A stretch of 64,000 bases of DNA from Botryllus schlosseri (lineage: Eukaryota), in the NCBI GenBank assembly GCA_051294905.1, contig CM119372.1:7814001-7878000 (forward strand). The letters run 5' to 3'. Position 1 is the first letter of the stretch. Each line of letters begins with the position of its first letter. The translations under genes were made by a program, and so were the position numbers. Below the pieces are notes generated by a model. That model saw only the letters and a list, made by a program, of their open reading frames with translations. It made no database searches and was not told where the DNA came from. Below, piece by piece: positions 24,874 through 43,390 of the stretch.

Positions 24874-25468
24874 TGACACAGTCTGTGTTGACTGCGTCAT
24901 AAATAATAAACCTGTGATGTCATGATATTGTTAAATGTTGTTACCCCTCCGTAATTTCAATCCAACTTCGCCCATGTAATATGCGCATATATGCAGTAAT
25001 ACTAAAAAATTCCCCCCAATCTAATATTCTTTCAGAGCAAGTCTCAGCTGAAGCCTCATTGCACGCCTTGATTAAAAGTGAAGTAAATTACGTGATCACT
25101 ATCACCATTATGCCGTCTTGATCTATATCAGAATATAAAATTTGCACTTGCGCGTGCAATCAATTTCGTATGATCCTAATGGTCAAATATAGCCCTTGCT
25201 AGTTTTATCCACAGCAAACAACATTTTCAGATCTGAAAATAGTTAGTATAGTTTTCCAAAACACCCTGGCTGCAGTCAGTTTTTTTCATCTACTCTACTG
25301 TACTGACCGAATTTGCGAGTGTGCATTATGCGTCTCAAAAATGCCAATGCTGCTCTCATCTGTACTACGAACAGATTGACGGTACAAAAATTTAATATTC
25401 AGATCAGAAAGGCACAATCGCTCATAGTACTAACAGAATAATTTCAAATATCATCGCTATGGCTACGT

Positions 25469-32682
<7,214 letters not shown>

Positions 32683-33631
32683 CGTTGCCGTGATTGAATG
32701 TTTTATGGCATCGTGTTGCTCAGACAAGTGTCTCCATAGGGATGCTACGCACTGAATCCCGTCGACCGGAACAATCATGCACACTTGATTAGTAGATTTA
32801 GTGCATGTCTACACCGGAAAACATGTCTTTTTGCTCTACACATTGACATGTGCGCATTTCCCATTCGTTATTATTTCATACCGAATCCAAATTCTGACTA
32901 TGACATAATTCGCGATTCTATTATTTTATTAACCTCAAGACACACAACAGATAGGATGCCGAAATGAGCAAGTACTATCTATCAACCTGGCACCCACCTC
33001 AGCCGAATGTCCGATTTAACGGTGTTCGATCTTGATCTTTTTTTATTTCAGGTTTCCTCAGTCTTCTAATTCCCTTCCTTCAAATCGTCCTTGATCCGGT
33101 CTTTCTATGGGCTCTTGTAAGGATGTGTGAGAACAGAGACGTAGGGGAGGACAATCTCAAATAAACCAACGACGCTTCGGAACGTCCTACTGCCAAGAAT
33201 CCATCCCTGCGGTGGAGTCAACTCGCCAATATATAGTAGCATGTGGGACATCACCTAGGCAATTATGATGTGATGTTGAGGTTTAGCCGAAGGACCTTTT
33301 TGATAAGTAAATAATTGAATCGTTCGTGATGCGAAACTTAGTAGGCTATTCAGTGCAGTGTGAACAACCATGCAGGAATGCTGTACCACGAATGATCGTC
33401 AGGTGTTCCAGGAGAAATTTGCCGGTTTGATTTATACTGTGTATTGTGGAAGGGCTTTTTTCCAAATCTTGCTTGCTAGGCGATGAAATTGTTTGGTTGC
33501 CTAAAAAACGATCCACACCAAAGTTGAATCCATTCCGGCAATACGAAGCTTTTACAAAATTTTGAATTTATTATAAACTATAAAAAAATCCCAAATTTTA
33601 CTGGCAAGTAAGAACCCCATGGAATTGTTAA

Positions 33632-33830
33632 GTTGTCTAAATAAACGATGCATAGCAACTTTGGCAATGTTCCAATCCGTAGAAGCGAAGTTATTGGAGT
33701 TTTTAGTTAGTAATTCGGGGACTACCAACCGCTAACGCTATTTTTTCAGTTCAAAGACTTCCAACTGCAATAACTTCGCCTCTGCCAGTTGGAATTTAGG
33801 CAAGATTGTTATGCATCGTTTTTTAGACAA
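33632..33830. repeat. Imperfect inverted repeat (~70-bp arms), probable old palindromic MITE
   Basis: gttgtctaaa-aaacgatgcata...gcgaagttattg versus caataacttcgc...tatgcatcgttttttagacaac. Confidence 0.65.
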
Positions 33831-34320
33831 CGTAAAAATTGAGATTTTTTTAAAATTATTTTGTAATCAATTAAAAATTTTCAAATTCAAAATTGGGATG
33901 CAACCTGACAACCTGACGATTTAATCGCCTAATAAGAAAGATTTGGAAAGAAGTTTTTTTTTAACATGCCTACCGTATATGTTTGTTTGTTTATTTCACA
34001 GACACAACAGTGTGTCGTCAGGTCGGTTCTAGATGTTAATCGCTCATTGTGTTGCGGCATCCGGATTGTTTCGATATTTTCGTAATCTGTGCGACAGTGA
34101 CTTTCGATTAGGACTAGTTTATTAATTTCTGCGGTCGGGGTCGTCTGCTTTAGAAGTACCACTCGAAGAGTGACAATCTTGCACACGGTGTCGCGGGTCA
34201 TTGCTGACTCGATGGCGATAGCTACATTGCCGACATTCCCGGTATTCACAGTAGATGGCCCCCCGGTGTCGTTGCATGAAACTATAGAAATTAAACATGG
34301 AACGGCAACGACCGATTTTG

Positions 34321-34829
34321 CAGCTTCGTTCCGCTTCGCCGTTTCGCCGTTTCGTTTTGCGTATGCGACTGTAGGATTTCTGGCAATCCAAAAGCTATCT
34401 TCCCGAGCGCAGAAATTATTGAATCTGGTCTTGATCAAAAGCTTCTGTTGCACCGATTCCGAAAATATAAATTAAAATAATGACCAGGCACTGATCCACC
34501 TAGAATCCGTCCTCCAAGTCTGAAATATTGGCATTGTCCGAACAATCGGAGAGTCGCAACGGGTCATTGTTATGGCCATCGTGTTGCGGTTACCCGATTG
34601 TTCTGAACTATGCCGATATTTCAGACTTGGAGGACAGATTCTAGGTGGATCAGTGCCTGATCAATATTTTAATTTATATTTTCGGAATCGGTGCAACAGT
34701 AGCTTTCGATCAAGACCAGATTTGGTCATTTCTGCGCTCGGGAAGAGAGCTTTTGGGTTTCCAGAAATCGTACAGTCGCTTACGCACAACAATTCTCCAC
34801 TCCAGCTTCAGCGAAGCGGAACGAAGCTG
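34321..34829. repeat. ~510-nt near-perfect inverted duplication (long hairpin)
   Basis: 34321-34567 is the reverse complement of 34572-34829 with scattered mismatches, one internal loop and a ~4-nt terminal loop (tgtt). Confidence 0.92.
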
Positions 34830-35071
34830 GTCTTGATCGTATACATTGTAAATTGCTATGACCGAAGTCTTCAGGACCGGAGTCGAAATACAAGCTATTT
34901 ATACAGAAATCTAAATGAATACTTGTCCATTCTCAAGACTACCGGACCACGACCTGACCTATCGATCTCTCCTTCCATATCATGCCACCCCATTTCTTGT
35001 CGCTTGCTTATTTCTATACTATCTTTTTCATTCAGTGTGCATGCATGCCTCCTCTTTACATCGCCTTAGGC

Positions 35072-35389
35072 CAGTGGTTCCCAACCTGCGGGACGCGCCC
35101 CGCTTGGGGGGCGTCAAATCATCTGAAGGGGGCGCGAAGAAGCGGTCAACTGAAAAAAAATTCGCGCGCTGTGCGATTTACCTCCACGCGTGTTAATTCG
35201 CTATATATAGACCTAATTTCATATTTGTTAATTCTCTCATCAACAGTCATAACCTTCCATGCCATCAAACAATCTGTTGAGGATTCTAGCATCCCGGTTG
35301 GATTTTGTGATATGACGATAAGGGGGGGGGCGCGAAATTTTTCACTATCATAAAGGGGGGCGTGTCTAAAGAAAGGTTGGGAACCACTG
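35072..35389. mobile_element. hAT-like MITE inserted into a LINE 3'-tail copy (~34880-35510)
   Basis: TIR cagtggttcccaacc / ggttgggaaccactg; TSD ccttaggc/gcctaggc; LINE-tail sequence resumes after the element. Confidence 0.85.
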
Positions 35390-36269
35390 GCCTAGGCCAA
35401 GATGGTTGCCCGATTTCATATACTACTCCAATTCGCTTCGACGCCTTCCTATATTTCCATTGTATCGCAACTAATAAAAATTGCTAATAAACCAATGATG
35501 ATGATGAATAACAGCTATGGTTCTATAGTAGGGTTACCACTTACCATATCTCAGAAACCCAAATTCCGGACACTCTTTAGCGCCCACTAGTGGATTTCAA
35601 AATTAGTTATGGCGTCACACTAGCAAAACTTTGCTCAGAGACCAGAGGTGCTGGTCACGAATCACGATCCGGTTCATGAGTATGCGGCTGTGTGATGTTT
35701 AACCGGGACCGAAAGCACATTTTTACAGCCTCCTCCCGCCCAAATATACAATGATTTTGAGCCCGCACTATAGGGTAATCGATGCAACTTCTTGGGGGGG
35801 GGGTTCCTGCTATATCAATCTGGTTTATATATGCATCTGGTCGTTAAATTATTTGAATGAATTCTGTCAATAATATTGGTCGTTCCATATATTACTATAT
35901 AGCTTTACTGCTCTCCGCCCACATTATCAGAGTTAGCGTTGGAGCTGGCGGAGGATGATGCGAGTTCGAAAATACAAGGAGCGTAATTGCACTTTGATTG
36001 TGAATATGGAAGGTATGAAGTAGATGAGGCACGGAGGTACATCTTGTGTCGCGTATGGTTGCTGAAATACGCAATATTCCGTACCCAGAGTGTCTTTTCA
36101 TCGCTGTCCAAACCCTATTGCCGGAGAGGATTATGAAGACTGTGAAAGTGATATCCAATCTGTCAAGTGACGATAGCTTCCACCCCACAGAGTTAGATGG
36201 CGAGTCAGAGTGAGTACTTGAACAGTGTAATCATATTTGTACCAAGTCTTCACCAAGATAATGATTTGC

Positions 36270-37270
36270 AGGCATTCAGATTCAGAGGAATGTCTGGAGA
36301 ATAGCAAGACCCAGTTTGTGATTTTGGACAGAAATAATCTGGTGAGCATTTTTCAACGTTGTCCAATGTGTCAATCAGAGTCGAACGTGCAAGAGTCTGA
36401 TTTAGGTAGCACACTGAGAATCAAGCAAGACTGCACAAACTGCTCATACTCCAGATTTTGATTTACGGGTAGTGTAGATGGCGTTACATACTTTAAAGCC
36501 TACTTGACTGTCTGTATCAAAAAGAAACAAACTGCTCCATTCAGCATATATACATGATACATATAGGCCTAAATTTTAGTTACAATGAATAGCATCTTTG
36601 ATTCTGTTGTTTACCATTATGGCAATCCATTTTCAGATTCATTGGCATATGAAAGGATTTGCTATGTTCTCTACTCCACGCGAATGGAAAATAACATCCG
36701 CCATCTATCGCCGAATGGAAACACTGCTGGAAGTGAATCATTCAATGCCCTCAATCATTTCTGCCCAAAGTTATATCACTACAACCATATTTCAGTCATA
36801 AAAGCCAGGTAGGTACCTTGCAGTGTCTCGGCTATTCAAAACAATCTACCGTATATCAGATTTTGGCATAATTACTAGCCTCATCAATTATGCATATTTT
36901 GTAGGATGCACTTGGCAATCCTGCATTTCAATGAAAATTGCTCGGAAACTCAGAAAATGTCAAAAGAAGGAACACCGTGGTCAAATACCGGAAGTACAAA
37001 AATGGGGAATGTACGGCCCACAAGATACTTGAAAATTCAACATTTGGTAACTGCCGCTGATCTGACTGCAGCATAAGATTTCTTCATATTGTTATGCCTG
37101 TTCTAGATTTCTGCAATGAGCTTGTCGAAGAAGTTCAAGCACTCATCAGAACTGGACCAGAAACTGTTGAGTTGAGCGATTGTGCTGAGACCGTTCTACT
37201 TCCTCTGACTAGCAGCATAATCAAAATTAGCAGAGAGGAAGCTATTGCCCGACATAAAACCCGATATGCT
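36270..37270 (+). pseudogene. Decayed DDE transposase remnant, probably Kolobok-type
   Basis: Zn-ribbon CPMC..CTNC; C-terminal NTAGSESFNALNHFCPK..KAR, spliced to MHLAILHFNEN; catalytic core apparently deleted; stops and frameshifts; element end gacct|ttaa at 38256-38264. Confidence 0.6.
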
Positions 37271-37342
37271 TTTCTGCCTGACACGGTAGTCATTTTGGTC
37301 GATTGGTTACATGCGTTTATTATTTGGAATACAACTGTACAT

Positions 37343-37740
37343 TCACAATGTGGTTTTACTGAACTTGAAGCCTTTGTAAGAATTTGACGTAAATTTTGTT
37401 CGGACAGCAGTAACAACGCATGCAGGCAGGATTTTCCGCTGGTTTTTGCAACAGAATCCCCATACCCAGCGAACACAATTTCTGAAAAGTGAAAACAAAT
37501 GTATTAGTGCGAGAAAAGTATTTGGCAACCGGATCAGAGACTAATCCCATTCATACATCGAACTCGATGTTATTATTCTGCGGCCATATTCCTGTTGATA
37601 TACATAGTAGGACATCTCCAATACGTCAACGTCCAGACACACTGAATTGAATCCTGGCAATTCTGTGATACACTTTATTTCTGTCAGTAACTCTCGGAAC
37701 CCCCCTACAGCACAAACTTATCAAGATGCATGACTGAAAC
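37343..37740 (-). pseudogene. KolX-like / P2X7 C-terminal ballast-domain-like ORF remnant, convergent with the transposase
   Basis: Translates as LCCR..KCITELPGFNSVCLDVDVLEMSYYVYQQEYG and RNCVRWVWGFCCKNQRKILPACVVTAVRTKFTSNSYKGFK, recalling P2X7 C-terminal ILPSCCRWRIRKEFP...YSGFK. Confidence 0.65.
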
Positions 37741-38618
37741 GAGCTATTACACTACATACTATATATACAACTGTATTTCATGTAGTCTCGACGAGCGGCT
37801 TGCGCTGAGCAAGCTAGGCTGTTCATGACCAATCATTATTATGAAGCTGCAAGGGGTTCCACTGACGTGGGATCGAGCGCATCAACACCTGAACCAATCC
37901 AGCATTTTAACGGTAATTTTGTAAGTACGTGCAAAAACGATACTCACATTCGACATCGGAGTACTCAGACTCAGTCTCAATATCACTTGGCAAATCCGTT
38001 ACAATGGAAACCTCGGCTATGACTATAATAAAAACTGCGAGAACACAAACAGCCGCTGGGACCGGTGTTGATAATATGTGTCACTCACTTGACGTCACAA
38101 TGCACATTCTGCTTTTTCTGTGAACATGCCAATATTGGAACTTTCAGTCAAAATTACGGCAATTTCCGATTGAGTTGAAACACGGAAAGTCGGTAATTTC
38201 GTTATGAAAAAAAATTCTGAACATGATTCCGCAAAGTTGTCATGAAGATGCAGTTGACCTTTAAGTCATGTTCATGTTCATGTCCTACCGATAAGATTGT
38301 TTATCATCCTTATGCCGGTGCGCCCCATGAAGCTTTATAAACACCCAACATCCAGTGGTTTCAAACCTTTTATGGTCGCGACTTCATCTCCAATTTGAAA
38401 ATGTTCCGTGGCCCAGATCAAAATTTGACGAGCTGATTACTAAAAGAAGTCAGCACCTTTGACCAGACTTCCTCACGGGCTATTTTGGAAGCTGATTACA
38501 TTCAACATATTCGCAAACCCCATAATAAAGGCAGACGCATTTAAACGGTTTTAACGATCTCTAGGAATATACCGTTCTCCTATAATTCCGATTACAATTA
38601 GGCTTATTCCAGTAAATG

Positions 38619-39027
38619 TAGGCTTACCATACGTTCTCTTTTAAGTGGATTTGTCCTCTTTTTTGACTTTTTTGACAGTGTCCTCGGAGGACGCCCTTTT
38701 GTCCCCTTTTTTGAGATTTTGTCCTCTTTTTTGAAAATTTAGGTCAGATTTAGAGCAAATTGCGAGTGATATGCTGCAAATTAGCACAGAAGTGACGCTC
38801 CGGCGGGTATTTCGGAGTGAAAAACGGTGATTTTAGCTCTGAGCGAAAAGATGACCTTTTTTTTCAGTCATCCTCCTGGCAATGTGGAGAGAAAAACGGT
38901 ATTTTGAGCTCTGAGCGGAAAAGATGACCTTTTTTCACCGGTTTTTGAGAATTCTACTCCGGTTTTGCAAGTTGCAAAATTCTGAAAAAGTGTTCTCTTT
39001 TTAGATTTCCAAAATATGGTAAGCCTA
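38619..39027. mobile_element. gaggac-family MITE (inverted)
   Basis: TIR taggcttaccata / tatggtaagccta; perfect TSD agtaaatg. Confidence 0.88.
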
Positions 39028-39619
39028 AGTAAATGAAGGTTGTTTTTATTTATATGTTATTGCAGTTTTTTCGAGGTTGGTATAGTCTCCATATTAAAAT
39101 CAATAAATGTGATTTTAAATCGCGCGCCGCGCGAAGAAAAATATCATGCATCAGCATAAATATTCCCAGAAAAGATTGTTTTTATGCTGATTTACGAAAA
39201 AATTATGAGCCTACGTCAAGTCTTCAAAATTCTGGACATTTGGCATATTTTAGAAATTCCTCCCGGACGCTAGTTTGTACAGTGAAATTCCGGACATGTC
39301 CGGGAAATTCCGGACGTATGGCAACCCTACTCTATAGCACACGTTGATCCCGTATCTTCGGTAGTTTGCGAGAACAACTTATGACACAATTTCTCAGAGA
39401 GCGTTGCGCAATTTTTTGAAGCTCCGCACGGTGCGGTGGCAGCGGTGCTTGCGGAGTTCGGAGGGATGTTTTGTGAGTTCTGATGCCGCAATCGAGAGTG
39501 CCGTTTACAGAGAGTAACTATTTTGAAGTTGAGCGATGCATAAATTCGGAGAAATCCTAATCGCTCCAAGTAATTCAAAATTCATTCTGAAATTGTGGTA
39601 TTTTGTTGTTCGTTCGGTT

Positions 39620-40190
39620 TATTAATTATTAGCAATTTTTATCAGTCCAATACACCACAAAATAGATATACCATGAAAAGATAGGAAGGTGTCCAAACGA
39701 CTTGGAGTAGTCTTCGAAAGCAGACACCCACCTTGGCCTAGGCGTTGTAAAGAGACATGCACACTGAATGAAAAGCGAAAGATGATACCATAAAAGCAAG
39801 CGACAAAAATGAGGAGGCATGTCACGGAAGACGAGGTAGATAGTAAGATAGGTCAGGTCGTGGTCCGGTAATCTTGAGGACGTATACTGGTATTCATTTG
39901 TTACAATACAAACAATTGCTACTGAGTAAGTACTAGTTAATCCTCTGGTTTACCGGACCATGACCTGACATATCACTTTTTTTCACCTTTTCTTTTATAT
40001 CATCTTCCTTTACTTTTCACTCAGTGTGCACTGTGCATGCCTCTTTTTTTCATCGCCTAAGCCACGTGGGTGTTTGATTTCGAAGACTACTCCAAGTCGT
40101 TTCAACACCTTCCTATCTTTCATTGTATGGCAGTCTTGTTGTGTATCAAAAGATGAAAATATTAGCCATAAATTGAATTGAACTGAATTA
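39620..40190. mobile_element. Two LINE 3'-tail copies in inverted, adjacent arrangement
   Basis: 39620-39920 on the minus strand and 39930-40190 on the plus strand (ending aattgaattgaactgaatt); both carry the gacttggagtagtcttcgaaa core. Confidence 0.8.
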
Positions 40191-40622
40191 CTACATCGTG
40201 TGGGTCTGACCTACTTTCCATATATGTAGGCCAATGCGAGAGCTCGATTGATTGACCGCACCCAGTGGTTTCGACTCCGTTATTCATTTTCACCCTATTG
40301 CAATTCTTGTATTAATGGAGCTGTTTATAGTAGAAAAAAGTTTACTTCACTTTTTATGGTGCTACTGCTATAGAATATTTTATGTCGGACTAACTATCAA
40401 AGTAATTTTGCAGTGAAATCACTATTGGTGGGATGGACGAATTGGTCATCTCACTCATCAATGCTTAATATGAAATATTATAAAAATTCCCCGCTTCCTG
40501 TGGTTATTCCAGCACCTCTGACCTCATAATGATTCAGAATCATTGAATAATATTTGTAGGCTAGTGATGTAAGTTGTAAGTTGTGACTGTAAAAGAGTGA
40601 TGGAAGGGTATTGGCTCAAAGT

Positions 40623-41086
40623 TAGGGCTGGGCTGATGGTGATTCGATTCTGAATCGAGTATTAGGCGCTTCGAGTAGAGTATCACAAATTATGACGCCC
40701 TAACAATGAAAAATCTGGGAAGTTCTAATATGTATCATTAATGCCATATCGGGTACCACAAATAATGGAGCACTATTTCTACATCACATTAAAGATAATT
40801 TGGTGTTTTTTTCGACAACGCCTGGGTAGTCGACCTCATTACTCTATGTGCCGATGCCGTGGGCTGATGATTTAACTGAAATGTCATTTTCACCAATGTG
40901 AAAAGCTTTTCACTGCATGCTTCGTATTCTGTGGTACTGCCAACCTAGGTTTAAAGGCTTCCAAAGTGGAAAATATTATCAAAATTATAATTTTCGTTGA
41001 TATTTTACTCTTAGCGGAAAGGAGTGTATAATTTCGGCACTCGAAAATAACTTTCACCACTTGACTCAAATCATTAGAACACCCTA
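40623..41086. mobile_element. Old MITE just upstream of SMIM15
   Basis: Starts tagggctgggc, ends acacccta; similar to bases 1-186. Confidence 0.5.
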
Positions 41087-41167
41087 CTCGTAGTCTATTT
41101 GTATTATGTTAGTGATTTTCCAATTTTTTTGCAGTGTAATTCCTAAACATATACGGTTCTTGTCAGC

Positions 41168-41446
41168 ATGTCGGATGATCAGGGTGATCCACCAAATGCG
41201 GATAACCCAAGCGTGAATGCAACATTGGATGGCATGCCGAAGTGGCTATCAGATATTATCATATACGCTGCCACTGACCCGTACGGATTCGTATATACCC
41301 TATTCCTGTACTTATCTCCTCTATTTTTGATGAGTGCGTTCCTGTCATGGAAAATGATCCAAATGATAGAAGCTCGAGAGAAAGGCAAGAAGCGTACAAG
41401 CACTAAAGCTAAAAATAAAAAGGGCGTGAGAAGAAAGGTGGACTGA
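41168..41446 (+). CDS. SMIM15: Small integral membrane protein 15 homolog
   Basis: AATDPYGFVYTLFLYLSPLFLMSAFLSWKMIQMIEAREK matches the recalled SMIM15 motif AAKDPYGFL...[22 protein letters not shown]; single TM and basic tail; upstream acceptor ttttttgcag. Confidence 0.88.
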   Translation: MSDDQGDPPNADNPSVNATLDGMPKWLSDIIIYAATDPYGFVYTLFLYLSPLFLMSAFLSWKMIQMIEAREKGKKRTSTKAKNKKGVRRKVD

Positions 41447-42029
41447 GACCATTCAACACCGAGGAATATTCGTATAATTTACAATGAATTGGTATGCATG
41501 ATGTAAGGCAGCCACTGAAATTTCACTATTTTAATATGCCCAATGCCCGTACATCACAAAAAGTTGCATCGGTTGATGTTTCTTGTATGCTTACTGAGTT
41601 TTTGTGTCAAGATACTTGTTGGGCACATTATTGTTTCTCTTACTTACTTAAATTCATAATGCTCTAACCAATTCGATGTGTTCGTATTGTATCTCAATAC
41701 TGTAACAATTGAAGTACTGAGGTTTTTATTCATATCGCACAATATTTGTGTGATACGAGATTTCGAAATTCTTCATCTTTGTATTGTATTAATGGATTTT
41801 AATTTTTGTTCGCATAGTGAAGGCTGAAAAGCGGTAGCCTATTGTTTCCCTGATGCGGACTTGCATATTAATCAACTAATAATTGTGTTTGTAATAGTTT
41901 CTACATGTCAGCTTTGCCGTGATGCGGTGCAATCTGAACTTTTTTTCTTTTTTTTAACATGAAATTTAGTTATGCAGACGATTTTGTTGCATCATCATTT
42001 AAAATGTTTCAAATTAATTCAGTATAGTA

Positions 42030-42875
42030 ATGGAATTAGCTGGTAGCAATTTTGAAGCGGCCCTGCCTCACGAGCATTTCAAACAAGTTTTGAAGATAAA
42101 CACCAGGCCTGATGGCCGGGACCTGTCCGAATTCAGAAAAATGACCGTCAACGTCGGGTCTATTGATACCGCTAATGGCTCTGCACTCGTTCAAATGGGA
42201 CATACAATGGTCGTGTGCGGTGTCAAAGCCGAATTGACGCGTCCCCCTGCTTCGAAGCCACTCGAAGGACTGATTATTCCAAATGTGGAATTACCGCCAC
42301 TTTGCGCCTCACATTTCAAACCGGGTCCACCGTCAGACCAAGCTCAAATCGCCAGTCAGTTATTAGATAGTGTCCTAAAAACTTCTGGATTGATTGACTT
42401 GGAAAAACTATGCGTGTTCAAGGATAAACTTGTCTGGGTACTGTACTGTGACCTGGTATGTTTGAGTTATGACGGGAATATTAACGACGCGATCGTAATG
42501 GCGCTAGTCGCGGCTCTAGGTAACACCAAGATACCGGTAATCGAGTATGACGAAGACAGTGGCGCCGTGAAAACTGTCGATGAACCTCCGCTGAACATAA
42601 GCGCGATGATACAAAAAAGACTGGTTTCTTCCACCTTCTCGCAATTCGAGTCGACGCACATCATCGCCGACCCCTCTTGGAAGGAAGAGCGAGTGACGGC
42701 GGGCGGGATCACTATCGTTACAGACGAACACGGCGTCATGTGCCACCTGCACAGGCCCGGAGGTTTCCCGCTCAAAGACCAGGTATTGCAGACGTGCCTA
42801 AAACGCGCTGCTGAGAACGGAAAGAGGCTGCAAGCCATACTGAGCGAGGTTTTCGGCTCTGAAATGGTGGCGTAG
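42030..42875 (+). CDS. EXOSC8: Exosome complex component RRP43 (RNase PH fold), intronless CDS
   Basis: RPDGRDLSEFR, GSALVQMGHTMVVCGVKAE, IPNVELPPLCASHFKPGPP, LVWVLYCDLVCLSYDGNI; AATAAA at 43056. Confidence 0.93.
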   Translation: MELAGSNFEAALPHEHFKQVLKINTRPDGRDLSEFRKMTVNVGSIDTANGSALVQMGHTMVVCGVKAELTRPPASKPLEGLIIPNVELPPLCASHFKPGPPSDQAQIASQLLDSVLKTSGLIDLEKLCVFKDKLVWVLYCDLVCLSYDGNINDAIVMALVAALGNTKIPVIEYDEDSGAVKTVDEPPLNISAMIQKRLVSSTFSQFESTHIIADPSWKEERVTAGGITIVTDEHGVMCHLHRPGGFPLKDQVLQTCLKRAAENGKRLQAILSEVFGSEMVA

Positions 42876-43328
42876 CGCATTTGCACTGCCGATCGCCTTC
42901 GGGTGGGTAATTTCATAACGGGAGACGACCGAGTCTTGACGACCAACTTCGGTCATCGGAATGCGCTGTTATGGACGTGATTGCGGGGAGTGGGCAATCG
43001 GTTACAGATTAGTCTTTTCTCTGTGATGAGTATCTTGCCGGTATCCTTGTCGGTGAATAAATATGCGACGCGATGGTATTCACGGGAATTAGAGCAGTCA
43101 CCGCAGTTTACAAAATTCTGTTACTTACTAATGGTGCGCAGCGCTGATCATTTTAGGCATACTCAAAGCTGGTCAAAAGTAGTCAGCATTGGTACTCGAG
43201 TAGAAATAGAAGTGACACCGCTGATTTCCCCTCGATTAGTAGAAGGAGCGATTTCAGAGACATGTCCACCCCACCTAGGCCTGCATCGACCGAGAGTAGA
43301 TAACGAAGGTCTTGAGAGTAGTCACTAG

Positions 43329-43390
43329 CAGAGATGGGCACAGTCCGAATCTAACATTGCCATTCGGATCCCGGAATCCGCTCATCTCTG
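43329..43390. mobile_element. 62-bp mini-MITE
   Basis: TIR cagagatgggc / gctcatctctg; perfect TSD gtcactag (43321-43328, 43391-43398). Confidence 0.8.

Larger units (their letters stand above)
35529..39329. mobile_element. Composite 3.8-kb element (tccggac subtermini) enclosing other transposons
   Basis: TIR tagggttacca / tggcaacccta; TSD ttctatag/ctctatag. Confidence 0.7.

Noticed and set aside
33929..35069. 174-aa and 165-aa ORFs around the hairpin
   Set aside because: No domain signal; they run across the palindrome and into LINE-tail sequence.
42467..42946. 159-aa antisense ORF
   Set aside because: Shadow of EXOSC8.
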